From: Lingula anatina
Taxonomy: Eukaryota > Animalia > Brachiopoda
Assembly (NCBI GenBank): GCA_051362555.1
Contig: CM120647.1
Span: 9,300,001 to 9,364,000 of the forward strand
DNA length: 64,000 nucleotides
Direction of reading: 5' to 3'
Below the pieces are notes generated by a model, which had not been told where the DNA came from, made no database searches, and saw nothing but the letters and a program-made list of their open reading frames with translations. Shown piece after piece: positions 11,445-25,332 of this stretch. Numbering within the stretch: the first letter of the stretch is position 1; each line of letters starts with the position of its first letter. Position numbers and translations under genes: made by a program.

Positions 11445-14400
11445 AGAAAATCGAATCTACCTTTTACTTGGCAGGTACTAGTATTTGCCGGAGAGACTTC
11501 CAAGAACTAAGATAAGACCGGTTGTGTTAGAGAAGATTTCTGTCGCAATCGTCCACGAGCATCTGCACAACTTACTCCATGTGACTGTGAAATTTTAATT
11601 CGTTATTATTATAATTAACATAATGTGATACGCTTTGTAAAGCGCAACTGATTATGAGTGAATTATTGAATGGTTTGATGCGAAACGCCACAGTGATTAT
11701 AAAGATAAAAAATACAAGGTAGTAATAGTAATTAGTATCATCTGAGTTTTTTTTTGTTTGTTTGTTTTTGATTTTAGTTGCGTAGATTTTTTCAAAATGA
11801 AAAAATTCGCTATGCTAACTTTAATTTGTCAAAAATTTCCTCGTTCATTATTTCTTCTGAATTCAAACAAATCCACCCCTTCCAATGTTAAGGCAACACA
11901 GCCACCAACAGTAACACATACTGCTCACAAACTCTTCTAAATTGACACCTCAGTTTTGTCTTTAGTTAATTTGAACCTATCAAAGAACTATAGTTGGTCG
12001 CCTTCCATTCAATTGAACATTACGCTGTCCCGATGGCGTTTCTATCATCTGACGGATTAGTCGCTTGTTTACACGCAGAGAGGATTGAAACAAAATTTAA
12101 TTTAACAATAGCGTATTAAAGCCTGGGATTCGGTGATCAATATTTAACCGCGGAGTAATGGTGAACGCGGTATCAGCTTAAATAAATGCCGTTATCTTGA
12201 CGCTACGGAAACTATGTATTACTACCGGCATCCGCGCCTTTATGACTAGTGAACCTATAGCAGAAAATAACAAATAATTGAAAACTTTTGTTCATAGTTA
12301 TTGACCATTTTACCTCCCGTTTTGTTTTTTAATTATCTTTATTGATAAATCATTAATTTCCTTTTCAAAGGATTAACAACTAACGGATGACTAGCGAAAT
12401 AATTACTTTTTTATACGTTTCAGCTCCCCCCTTTTTTACCATTTTATTTTTAAGCACTATCGTATGTTTTTTTGTTTGTTTTCTGAAAGGTTCATACTTA
12501 TGATACAGTACTATAAGGTAGCACTATCATTTTCGAAAGGTAAAAACTTTTTGTTTTTGTTTTTCAAGCTCATTAGTAATAGATGACTCCATTCTTGCAT
12601 TTCAGCCTTGGTCTTTTTTGTTTTCTGCTTCTTATAACTCTCTCTCTCTCTCTCTCTCTCTCAGGTCATCTGGCGACGCAAGTTGTCCCGATTCCCGGCC
12701 TGAAGTACCTCAGTCCTAACAGACAAAAAATACGCAATATTCCCCAAAATCAGCACTCGCTCACCTGGGGACAAATTAAGTGCAAGTCTACAAAGGTGGC
12801 CAATTCGCACAGACCTCGCCAACACAAATAATCATTAAGAAAATTTATTTGATTTCTGATAAGAACTCCACCGTAAGCCGGCATTATTCCAAACCTGTTG
12901 TGCAATATTTTAAATCCATCTGAAGTAATTTGTGCGCTTCGTGCAAGGGGCGTTCGTTAGGTGTCCCAGGAAGCCGTGAAATCGCTTCAATCCTTTATTG
13001 ACAGTGTCTGTGGAACTAGGGACCGTCGTCGCCCGGGAAAAGCGGCCTCCACAACGAACCGAGAATTTCTTGCGGCGGCGCGCATTTCTGAACAACAGCT
13101 AGGGAAGGGCGATGAAGACGTTTAGGGATTGGGTTTTTACTTACATAATATGGGATTTGTGTCACCTGTCACCCGGTGAAGACTTTGCCATTGATGGGGT
13201 GGGGTGGGGTTGGGGGGGAGTTCGGTGCACTGTATAGTGTTCAAATGATGGTAGGGTGGGGTGGCGGGTGGCGGGAGAGGGTGCTGATATCCCCAGTGGG
13301 GCATCACTTTTAAGTGCAGCATTTGGCTCGCAATAGCCAGTGCATTAATAAGAAAAATTCTGAGCAAAAATGTGCATTAGCTTGGTAGTTGGATCATAAA
13401 TGAATATTTTCAAACACAAGCCAAAGTATAGGTTGGCCGTAAGCTAACGGTATGAAAATATTTCGGTTTGGGTTTGAGAATTATCATTGAAGAAAAATTC
13501 TGTTTTTTTTTCTGGGTTTCGCGTCTTCTTGTTATTATCCAAATATGTAATATATGAATAATATGAAACTCTGTTATCAAGTTGTTAAAACTTTAAAGAG
13601 GAAACTAAGAGTCAAAGGCAAAGGAGAAAAATATAAAAGAGAGAGAGAGTGAGGGTGGCGAAGAAACGTCAATCTCAACTTATGCGACAAATCACCGAAC
13701 AACAAACACAAGTAGCATACCAAATTCCCCATCCCGCATTCAATGAATAATCTATACCTCGACCCTAACTTCAACAAATTAATAACTTGATTCTTCCCTG
13801 CTATCATTATCAAGACAAATGATGACCAAGCTGTCTTCCTCATCTCTCTTAATTACAGTCGTTCTCGCTTTCTTCATTGATGTTGTGCAGAGTTATCGGG
13901 ACCTGTCACTCGTAATCATAGATCAATTCCAAGTCAAAGATAACTCGGTTTGTTTCAACCCTGTCGCCCTCCAAATACTTCATTCAATAATTAGGCGACA
14001 GCGTTCTTGTGTGGGAGCTACGTGACGGAATTTGGGGGGTTTTCGGATCCAAAATAAGGTGATAAGTAGGGGAAGGAGGAGAGTGAGTTTGCAGGGAAAA
14101 TGGAACTTGAAAGATAGTAAAATTCCCTCCCTCTCTCTCTCACACACACACACACGCACGCACGCACGCGCACAAACACACACACACACACACACACACA
14201 GTCACACCACATTATCATAAAGTCATTTATATGTGACAATTCTGTAATGTTCTCTCTATCTTCTCCCTCCCTCCCGCACCGCCCTTCTCTCTCCCTCTCT
14301 CCCTTTCTCCCCTCTCTCTCTCTCTCCCTCTCGACAGTTCGTTTTTTCTCCGTCTTTACCTAATCGCCAATCTAGTAAAACGTGACCCCCAGCTTTTTAT

Positions 14401-14842
14401 CTGACCCAGCGTCCTTATAGATACCTGTTGTGTGACAAAACAATACACACAAAAACATTGCACAAGATAAAAAAACACTTGTAATGTCACGATCGTATAA
14501 CTAATTACATTCTTCGGTCAGATATAGCGCAGGGTTCAGGAACAAGGAAAAGAAAATACTTGAAAATTTATGTCAGAGGGAGAAGAAATGATTAAACTAT
14601 GTGATGGATTATATATTGTCTCTTTTAAAAGAATTGAAAAAATGTCATTTATTTTCCATCATTTGTTTGTAAATATCTCGGTATTGCACGAGCGAAAGAG
14701 AGAGGGAGAGATTAAATTTTTGCCTGGCGAAAGGGATCTGATAAAATGGGTGAAAAATTGGTTATTGTCTGTTTTCAGAGAATTGCAAAATGCTTGGTAT
14801 TATTCAGATTGTGAGGCATTTGTTTGTAAATATGAAGAATCA

Positions 14843-14878
<36 letters not shown>

Positions 14879-15186
14879 GGCAACATGAAAGGCGCACATT
14901 CCGGTGTGACATTGGCGTTGTCAAAGACAATGAGACCGCTGTCACAGGTGCAATATTTAAGCAGTGACTGACTAAACTAGGTGGTAATATTTGGTATCTT
15001 CTAGGCAAACACTTGCTATGAAAGAAAGGGCTTGTTCGTATCATTTCCCAATTTCATGTCTTTGAATTTCAAAAGACCTTTTAACACACCTTTTAAACAC
15101 ACATTGTTTAATCTAAAAATTGCGGATATTTGGAAATAGAAAAAAATCTGCGATGATAAAAATGGATTAAACTATGCAGCCTATGA

Positions 15187-15237
<51 letters not shown>
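15187..15237. repeat. (TAAA)n microsatellite
   Basis: Seen directly; similar tracts at ~16440-16490, ~20680-20721 and ~52762-52792. Confidence 0.9.
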
Positions 15238-16440
15238 GATAGTATTTAATACAAAGAGGTTATAAAATCGTGCACAAATGGCCACGAATATATAGGCCAC
15301 ATATTTTAATTCAAGTTTTTATAACCAGATGTGCCAATAAGCACTTGCAGCATAAATGAAACTAACAACCATATCAAGAAACCATCTAAATGTATAATAA
15401 AATATGACTTTAGAATATGAGGAAACTTGTCATAAAATTAGGAGTAGTATCGATTCGAGTTGTAACTATTAAGCGACTCACAATATATTAGCAATTCTAG
15501 ACCTTCAAGTATGGTTTGCTATCTGAAAGCGGGTATCCCAGAGATTATGAGTATCAAAGTAAGCTTCCTCTTTGTTGTAGTACATAGACACACAGGTTAA
15601 TGTAAATCTTAATAATGGTTTCGCGAACTGATGCTTAATAGAATTATATGCTCTCCTAATATGGATTATCTGTGGAAGATTCGGCGTAGAAAAATAAGAT
15701 GAAATCATTAAAAAGATCATAAGTTACAGCAAGTATGCCTGTAATATGTAGGACAGATTATTTGAAAGACCCCGAGGAAGAAACATAGCACGGACTTAAG
15801 ATTAATAAAAATGAATAATTCTTCGTAGTTACAAAATACAAGATATCGTAAAGATTATTCAGCAAATATTTTACAACGCTAGGCTATCTGTAAAATGACT
15901 ATAAATGATTATGAAAATACCTAGAGATTGCATTTAACAAATGAAGTCCCCACTTTTTGCTTCAGAAAGATAGGCAAAATGCCTCAAATCTTATTAAACA
16001 TGCAGCTAACAACGCCACTTCAGATTTGGAAAAATGGCAGTCGATAAATTGGAAATAATTAATAATGTAGATTGCGTGTATCTTTAGGTGGTATTCTTTG
16101 TTCCTGCTTCAGAGAGATAGAACAGAAAACATCAATTGTGCAGAAAATTTATATCTTATTGTTGGGCACTATAATTTCTTCAACTATCATTCCGTATCTG
16201 GTTAAAAGCACAACAATATTGCAGTTATCAAACTACGTTTCCTCGTTGTTGCGTTGCATAGATAGAAAGAAAAGCAAATCTCATTAGTTATCTAGCATAA
16301 TTAATATACAGTATACATTATCGCTAAAAGCTTGCCAATTATGATTTTGTGTGTTATGAAAATTATCATTAGATTATTTTAATCAAAATGATGCTTCTCT
16401 TTGTTGTTTTGGCTAGACGGAAACAATCATTCCCAAACAT

Positions 16441-16487
<47 letters not shown>

Positions 16488-17693
16488 TTATGAGATAAAT
16501 TTTAAAGTGGCACTTAAACTTCCACACGTGCTGTTTATATATGAAACGCAACTAGACTTTGCATATGATATATGCTGTCTATAATGTAAAGAAAGAACAA
16601 TAAACCCTTATTACTTATTACTATAACTAAACTACATCTTTCAAGAAATGCCTTCTCTGATAATGTTATTTTTTTTGAAAAACATTTGCTGGACAGTACA
16701 GCAAAGGAATAGCCAGAAAAATATCTGTGCATATCTAGTAAAAAAAAATTCGGTGACCATAGTAAAGGGAATACGGAGATACCGTAAAAGAAGGAAGTCA
16801 GTTTGCCTCAAGAATGGAGCTCTGAACTCGGAGAGATTGTCCAGTTATTGTGTTTATCGGTTCTTTATCTGGTTCTCGTGTTTGAAGTGGACATAAAATA
16901 ACATTCAGGAACTGGCTGTGTGATAAGAAAACGAGGAAGCCGTGAACTTCATTGGATAATATGGTTATTATGGGGGTTGGCGCTCTAGAAAAAAGGGGGA
17001 AATAAGCCTGATTAAAGTTTCTCGAATTTATGAGAAGCACGGGTGTGGATAATGAGGTTCAGGATAGGCAGCCGTCAGATTGTGTCCATTCAAAAATCAA
17101 AATGGTGAATATTGGGACTCAGTTACGACTTGTTTAAGGGTGTTTCTTTTATCTTCACGTGAATTTAAGTAAGCACTTTGTTTTGTGATTCAGAGCCTAC
17201 AAAAAAAAAAGCACACTGAAAAATTTTGATGATTATTCCAGCATGAAACTTTTTGGATATGATTCGAATTATAAAGAATGGAAAAAGTTGAAAGACTTAT
17301 AAGTATTTTCTTCGTTTAATTAATGCTTTAATTTCTTATAACTTATAGTCTAATCTTATATTTGTCAATCTGTACATTTTCGCACACGCGTATTATTTCA
17401 TCAGTTGCAATAAACAGGCCTATTACAAATATAATAAATAAAAGGCATCTTTGTTCCTTTCAAAAGGACACCTGTAAAATTTAAGAGAACTGCATTTTTG
17501 TACAGACGTGTATTTTGGGGTCATTGTTCTTTTATTTTAAATAAAAGAATAACGGACTGATAAATGCGATGAACATATGATGAACAACGGATGAATATGA
17601 TCGGCATAATTAAAAAATAGCAAGATGCAGGAAAATATAGTCTAACTCAAATATATTCATTCAAACACTTACTTTTTGTTCTGAATACGTCTA

Positions 17694-17727
<34 letters not shown>

Positions 17728-19128
17728 TCAATTCAACTGAGCCATGCCAGTAGCCAGCAATTTCAAACGTTTTTTTTCTGACAAAGTATATCTCTTTATC
17801 CATATAGTTTACCAAACTCAAAAAATGCCATAAAAACCCAAAACAAAATTTTTGATTCAGCACCGAACCAACTTAGCAAAAGAGGGGTTCTTTCGGACCC
17901 CCAAGCCCCACCCCACCCACCACCCCATCTCACCCCTGCCCACGGGTTTGCACTTACAAGACGAATACATTACAAAAAATCGTGGTAATTTCCCAGGCTC
18001 TGGCTCTCGCTTTGCCATACTCACAATAAGTTATCAATATTATTAGCTTATCATTTCATATCAAGACCCCCTCCATATGATCGGCACACATACAGAAGTC
18101 GAGGTAGGACGGTCTGTAAACATGTTTAGATAAGCGGTTAGAGCTGTCAGCGTAGCCATGAAAAACTGTTACTATTTCTTACTGTGTGGTAAGTGATACG
18201 GTGAATATGGTCAAAAACTGGGGTGATGTCGATATATTTGGAAAAAAAATAGTGCAGATTTGTTTTATTGATTCAATCAAATAATTCTGTATACATGCCT
18301 GTTTTTAAAATGTTATTTGAAGACGCATTTTATAAATTAAATGTGTAGATATGACAATTAAGACCCCACATTAAGGAAGCATTAAATGTTTCTGCTTTTG
18401 GAAGCACTTTTCGCCAACTCTGCAAACACACGCACGCACATTTTAGAAAACGCCAAAGCCCGCACACACGCTTCAAGGGAAAAATAAATGGCTAGAGAAA
18501 AATTTTCAATTTTGAATGGTAGAAATCAGACTTTATCTTACATGTCCCTCCCTTTGTGCATAATTTTCCAAAATTTCATGAGATCAGCAAACATTTGAGA
18601 TTAAGTCTGCAAGATTTCCTATCAATGTCGACGTCTGTACTAACAAGGCAGACGACAAGAAGCGAGAGTGAAAACGCCAGCTAAATCCCACCGCCGTCGC
18701 CGGGCTATTATCGCCGCCTCAAACTCCAAAATCTACATATCCTCACACGCTTGAAATCAACTCTGATTAGGACCAATCTTTAGAACAAGACAACCGCATT
18801 GACTTTGCGATAATTAACAGATAATAATGATGATTTAATTGGTTTCGTCGTTGATACACTATTGAATGCGTAATCTCAACACAGAAAGATGTCTCCATTT
18901 TGTGGTGCGAGCTTATCGCTCGTTACATAGGTTGGTAAATAAGGTCGGAGAAATGGCGATAGAGGAATCGTTCCCGTTGAACGTAGAAGAGGCAAGCGGC
19001 ATATCGGGAAAAGGTAATTAGAGTATCATTTGGCAATTAGTAATCTTTGGGTGATTTGATGGAAGAGACAGGAAAGATTTGGGTTGATTACAATGGAAAT
19101 AGGGAAGAATAGGAGAGAAGTGACTCTG

Positions 19129-19249
19129 AGTGTGTGTGTGTGTGTGTGTGTGTTTGTGTGTGTGTGCGTGTGTGTGTTTATGAGTAACCTGCGCAATCAC
19201 AGTAGGCTTATGTGTATGTTCGTGTGTGTGTGTGTGTGTGCGTTTGCGC

Positions 19250-19293
<44 letters not shown>
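19129..19293. repeat. Compound (GT)n/(GA)n microsatellite region
   Basis: Seen directly. Confidence 0.85.
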
Positions 19294-19299
<6 letters not shown>

Positions 19300-19781
19300 C
19301 TGCTCTTTGTGTCTATTTGCATGTGTGTGTGTGTGTTAGTGGACGCGCGCGCGAGCGTGCCACCGTTGTACATGTTCGTGCATGTGCTAGTGACAGCACC
19401 AGAGAAATAGAAATACTGCATAAGAGAAAATAAACCACTGCAGTTTTCGTGGTCTTGCAGGTAAACGGGTTCAGCTCTCTCATATTTCTATCGTAGACGT
19501 TATCAATAAAGTTTATCAAACATTTATTTGACACCACGATAAAAATGCTGGCTGTTCAACTCAGTTGCGTCTATAAGCAAAACCATACCAGCAGTAACTG
19601 AGTATCGAGCACCGCTTGCTATTTTTATAAAGCCGCTGAAGTTCAGCCTAAAAAGAAGGGCAAGTTTTATAACACAATGTAACGAATTTGAATTATGAAT
19701 CATTCGTTATCTCAGAAGGGGTTATCTCTGGGGGCAAGGACGATAATTTATCACGTGATCAATAAATGAGTCAGATTACTC

Positions 19782-19822
<41 letters not shown>

Positions 19823-19972
19823 TATGGCAGGGATAAATAAATGGATAAAATATGATCAACTGTTATTTGATTTTCAAAAAGTGAAATATATCTGGCATTG
19901 TTCAGAATGTTAGTTATTTATTTGTACTTACCAAAGCATTGCACAAATGAGAGAAAAAGAGATGGAGAGCCG

Positions 19973-20003
<31 letters not shown>

Positions 20004-20678
20004 GGGGGGGGGGGGGGGGGGAGAAAGGAGGTGGTGAGAGGGAGAGAGAGAGACCGCTAATTATCATTGCCATCAATCATTTTTCTGAAATATCTATATA
20101 ATCTACACCAATGGATAGAATATTGTTTGTTTTTTGACAATAGATCACAACTGGTAATGACTAAATGACAAAACAAATCACCATTTCACCTTTGATCGGG
20201 ATGTATCAATTCTTATCGATCGAGAAAAGGAGAGTATTGATAGGTTTAACGATAAACTGATTAAACTTTTGTCAAAATTTACAGAAATAATGAGAAAAGT
20301 TGACAGCTTAACGATGGATTAATTCATGGCTGATTCCAGCGATTTCAATAGATTAAATGTTATGTAAAAAGCTTATGAGAATAATGGGGAAGTACGGGTA
20401 GAGTGGCGATCGGATTATTCAGAACTGATTTTGACGATAACATTGTATTGGGACTATGTAAAAAAACTTTCGATACAGTCAGAAATGACGATAAATAAAT
20501 GATATTGTTCGATAGAATATTTCTATCGTTTACAAAAAGTCGACAAACAGATATGAATAAAGATTAAAATGATATTTTTAGATTATTTATCGATGGTTGG
20601 AGGGCTGGAATGAAGGATGAATAAACAAGGAATTAGAGACGCTCTCTTACACTTCGCCTGTACACAAAGTTTTTTTTA

Positions 20679-20721
<43 letters not shown>

Positions 20722-20944
20722 GTTGAATATCCACTTTCAAAAGATTTTGCGAAGCATATGTTTGCGTAGCATAAAGTCATTTCTGATTCAAGGTAACATT
20801 TTACAAGAATTAGACTCTAGTGCGCTTGACAAATAAATAACTTTCCTCCTTAAAATTATGAAAATTAAAATACTCAATTTCCTCGAAAATTTTTTTTCTT
20901 ACATTAAAGTTGTCATTGTATTTTACAGGAATGTAGTTATTGTC

Positions 20945-22023
20945 ATGTCCCGGAACACTGCGCTGCTCATCATAGACGTACAAAATCGCTTTAAGAAAAC
21001 ATGTGAAGAAAATTGCATTGTGGAAAAAATCGTCCATCTTGTGAAAGTATTTCGGCACAAGAACCTGCCGACTGTTGCCACGCAGCACCATGACGACCCT
21101 CGTATGACGTCACTGCTATCGAGATGGTGGGGCAATCCTTTAAATCAAGGTGCGCGCACACACACATTCACACATTCACACACACACACACACACACACA
21201 CGCAGATGAACACACGCGAGTGTATATCAAGCCTTAAAATTTCAATTGAATGAAATTCTTATACGATGCTGTACTTATACATAAAATACATGAAATAATA
21301 TAAAATAATACTCATCTCCCCACACTCCTACATGTAGCTCCCCACGCAGACATTTTGGGAGTTTTTAACTAATAGTAAGTCTAAATATCTAGCCTCCTTC
21401 CTCTCCCCCCCCCCGGCAAAAAACGGCGATCAGTGCTGCTTTAAAAAAAAAACAAATCCTAAAAAAATCGCTGCAGTTTCATTTTTTATGCTTTATTAGA
21501 TTGAATAAATAAATTTAGCGAAGGAATTGCGTGACCAGTATATATTACTAACAAAAACACCATGAAACCGGTCCGAGAAACGCTCCTTTTCTTTTCTTTC
21601 TTTTTTTTTTTTTTTCGGGATCGTGTTATTCTTTAACTTAAGAAATATTCATCGTTATTATATACAGGGAGCGAAGACTGGCAAATTGTTCCTGCTCTTC
21701 GAAAAGTGCTGGACATCGAAGACGACCTCATAATCACAGACAAGACCCGCTACGACGCTTTCTGGGGAACATCTCTGCGAACAGAACTTCTTAAGATGGG
21801 CATCGACACAGTGGTCATATGCGGAGCGTTGACCAATCTCTCCTGTGAAAGCACTGCCCGTGGGGCTTTTATGAACGACTTAAGCGTTATATTTCTTAGC
21901 GACGCCAACGCCTTCACCGAGGAGCGTTTTCACGAGGCCACTTTGACGAATTTGGAGCACGGGTTTGCCACAATTATGACGTGCGAGGAGTTGCTGAGAA
22001 AATATGAAAATGTGTCAAGATGA
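20945..22023 (+). CDS. Isochorismatase/cysteine-hydrolase family protein, nicotinamidase-2 (plant NIC2)-like, 186 aa; join(20945..21149,21668..22023)
   Basis: TALLIIDVQN (catalytic Asp), QHHD, WW, DKTRYDAF (catalytic Lys), GALTNLSCESTARGAF, SDANA...HEATLTNLEHGFA. Phase-1 intron CAAG|gtgcgc ... tacag|GG. An acceptor at 20928 implies an upstream 5' UTR exon. Confidence 0.88.
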
Positions 22024-22968
22024 GGGAAGTCAGAAAAAAATTTAATTTATCATAGTAAGAGTGACAAACAAGTTATTACATAAATATTTTCAAACCAGCT
22101 AAAGTAAGGAATTATTCCAATTATGACTAACAGATTTCATTAAGAAATGAACTTGTTGAGGCACTTGGTGAATTACGAAATCACATTAAATACGATGAAA
22201 TGTTTTCTTTTTTATTTATTGAAATTAAGCAATTAAAATTGCGCTAGTTAAAGAGAGATTCTTGTATAAATGTATTTTTGATATTGAGTCGCAATATATA
22301 ATCATATTGATTTTTTTTTCACCAAAAACAAACAAAAATACCTTTATTTTGTTCTGGTAATGTTATGTCCATGAGTATAAAATATTCGTGGAAAATGTGC
22401 AGATATTATATTATTGGAAATAAAAAGGCACAAGTACTCTCAATTCATTGTTTGTATTCCACATCAAAGAATAACGCCAAAACCAGACTATTTCAAATGT
22501 TCGAACTTAAGAGCTGAAAAAAAAATAGAGAATGCCAGACGCGTAATTTCTACGAATGTCAAGCCTTCTCTCACCGAAGAAGTTATTCAAATAATGTAGA
22601 AAGCTCTCCATTAGCTTAAAACTCTTCAAATTCCTGCTTGAGTGCCGAAAAAAGGGATGACTTACGTGGAATTCACTACTCTGTCACCAAAGTACAAAAG
22701 TAACAATTTAAAAGAGCGCCGTTGACGGGCAAGGAATTTTGGATGGTTTTAAGTGGCACTGCGCGTTGATTGCGAGTCACTGGTAATGCCAGAGTATTTG
22801 AATTTGTTCTTTATTTTTATTTTCTTGAGAAACAAAAATACAGTACTTGCAAACCAATATGCCTGAGCAACATGTATCGCCATGGATACAAGTATAAAAT
22901 GACCGTTTAATTCTTTCTCAATAAAACTTAAATTATTTTCTACGCAAATCAGAAAGACATGGTTGTGT

Positions 22969-22999
<31 letters not shown>

Positions 23000-25138
23000 G
23001 GAGGTCCTCGAAACCAAAAATCCAATAAAATCCAATACTTCTTTTAAGAATTGAAATAAATGTATCATTTGTCTTACTGACTTTTCATTTATGGCACGTT
23101 CTAAAAAAATCTTGATATCTGCAGCTCACGCGTCAGTGAGACCTCTATCCGTTTTCACCTCACAAATTACAAAAAAAAGCATCTCACTTTGAAATGTTTC
23201 TTGTTCAACGTCGCAAAGGTTGCTACGGTTCGTGAAATAAGGGAGAGGGTTAGCATAACATTTTGGTAAACTTGTCAGTTACTGGCGGGTAAAAGAACAG
23301 TAAGGGACAAATTTGAGACACGGATAGTTTTGAAAAATTGGCATTTGATGTACAGTGATTTATTAGCGGGGGTTGCTTGGTCAATATACATGTAATAACC
23401 GACATGTTGTTCAAAGAAAAAAAAAATACAAATTTTAGAATTTGACATTATCTTAGCACAAGAAAAAAAGGAATCCGGCAAACGCATCAGCGTTGTCGTA
23501 CTGTCTTTACAGGAAGAAAAACGGACTAAACCAATTTACTAGATGGTAAGTAAGAGCCAAAGCTCATTACCACCGTCTCCTGACGGTACCTAAACCCAAA
23601 CCGGTTGAAACATTTGTCTGAACACACTCGGATGTCCCAAACGGGGCTAATGGATGTCAATGACACGCGACTGTGCCCTCTCCACGGTGACACTACACAG
23701 TGGCCGCGTTCGTCATCTGTCACATACTTTAGGAGTGATTTGTTTTGGGAACAATTTGGCACAATTTGTCCCGGTCATTTGGTGGTTCAGAGAGCTTCAG
23801 TGGCCGGTTATTCGCTGATTAACTTATTTAGCTGAGAGAGAGAGGGAGAGAAACAGAGCTCAAGCATTCGATTTTAAGTTGGACTGACTTGCTGAAATCA
23901 GTTGGCAAACTTTAACTGAAATACGAAAATCTTGCCGAAGTGTACCGAAAGCCACCGGGATATGCCCCCGTCAATGGAATTGTAGTCAGTACACTTGAAT
24001 TTCATGAAAACCACAAATACGAATCAACATCTGAAGTGCATGGCTCTGTTGTTTTCTTTCTTTTTTTTTTTGCTATGAATTAAAATTGTTATTCATGGCA
24101 CGTATCCATCACTGTTTTCAGTTTTGGTATATATGGAATAAACAGAAAAATAAGGTCGATATTAAATGCCTCCCAAAACTTTTTTCAATACTGATGTCAT
24201 ATACCAACACGCTTTCAAAATATTTAACAGCTGAGGAAACATACAGTTGATAAATTCTCCTGCTCTCTTGGCCCTATGACGTAAGATGTGAAACATATTT
24301 TAATGATGACAAGTAGAATTAATTTTTTATTAATTACAAATAATAATAATAATTGACAAATAACAGGAGGGTCGGGCCAATAACCCTCCTCCAATCCACA
24401 CCCCCCCCCCGACCCCCATCGACCCCCTCCTCCCCCCAAACAAACACACAGACATCTTTTCGAAGGGATGCCTTTTCTACCTACACCGCACCGTTACTCC
24501 CACCCCTCTTAGAACTGTTACTCAACCGGTTAGAAGAGTTGTGTGCTCTCGGGCTTCCTTATCGCCTCCTTGTTTAAGTTTTGACACCCTTATCTTAATG
24601 CCTGTTTGTTGAACCCCGGCGTCCCTCAACCTCTCTAAGCAGTCCTAATGGCTTTTATCTGCAAATTCGAAAAGAAACATAAGCCGCGAAAAGCAAGCAA
24701 GCCTCTCAATTGCACTAATAATGTTCAATGCTCTTTTGGAGTTTGTTGAACCTAGGGGCGATATGATATCTTTAACGTCTTGTTGTGCTACGTTAGCGAT
24801 AGCGGAGGGTGATCTCATTCATGTTATGAACGAGTTTAATAGTAAAAGAAATAACACGTCGGATGTTTTCTTTTCGAGTGACAAAATTGACATCATCTGT
24901 GTCGAATTAATCGAGATCTGGAAGAATGTCAGTAGAAATTTAACATTTATTAGGCCTACAAGACTCTTTTAGCGTTTACTGTATATACTTAATGGTGAAA
25001 GGAAAGTTGCAATAGTCATTAAGTTCAATAAGTCCTAAAGAAAGGGAGAGCACATTGCCTTAATTGCTGTGCAAGATTCCACATTTCTAAAAATATTTGT
25101 AGATTTAAAGACAGTTAAATTCAGGGATTGTTAAATAG

Positions 25139-25167
25139 CAGGTCCGTAGCCAGGATGTAGGACGGGG

Positions 25168-25198
<31 letters not shown>

Positions 25199-25332
25199 CG
25201 TCAAAATCACTATTCTGTACCAAATTTCGATTAGGTTCTATGCCATTTCTCAGGTTTGGACAACTAGAGGGGCAAAGATTTACTTTTCAAAAAAAAAAAA
25301 AAAAAAAAACTTGACACTGATGGCTACCGTCT
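25139..25332. mobile_element. Degenerate MITE-like repeat with imperfect terminal inverted repeats
   Basis: Starts CAGGTCCGTAGCCA followed by poly-G, ends TGGCTACCG. The same CAGGTCCGTAG plus poly-G start recurs at ~28549. Confidence 0.45.

Noticed and set aside
12910-13110. GC-rich segment with a 61-aa minus-strand ORF
   Set aside because: No recognisable protein or RNA family; possibly regulatory, but not supportable from sequence alone.
14018-14971. ORFs with CVCV, THTH and ERER runs (also near 19.0-20.1, 30.7 and 43.3 kb)
   Set aside because: Translations of dinucleotide microsatellites.
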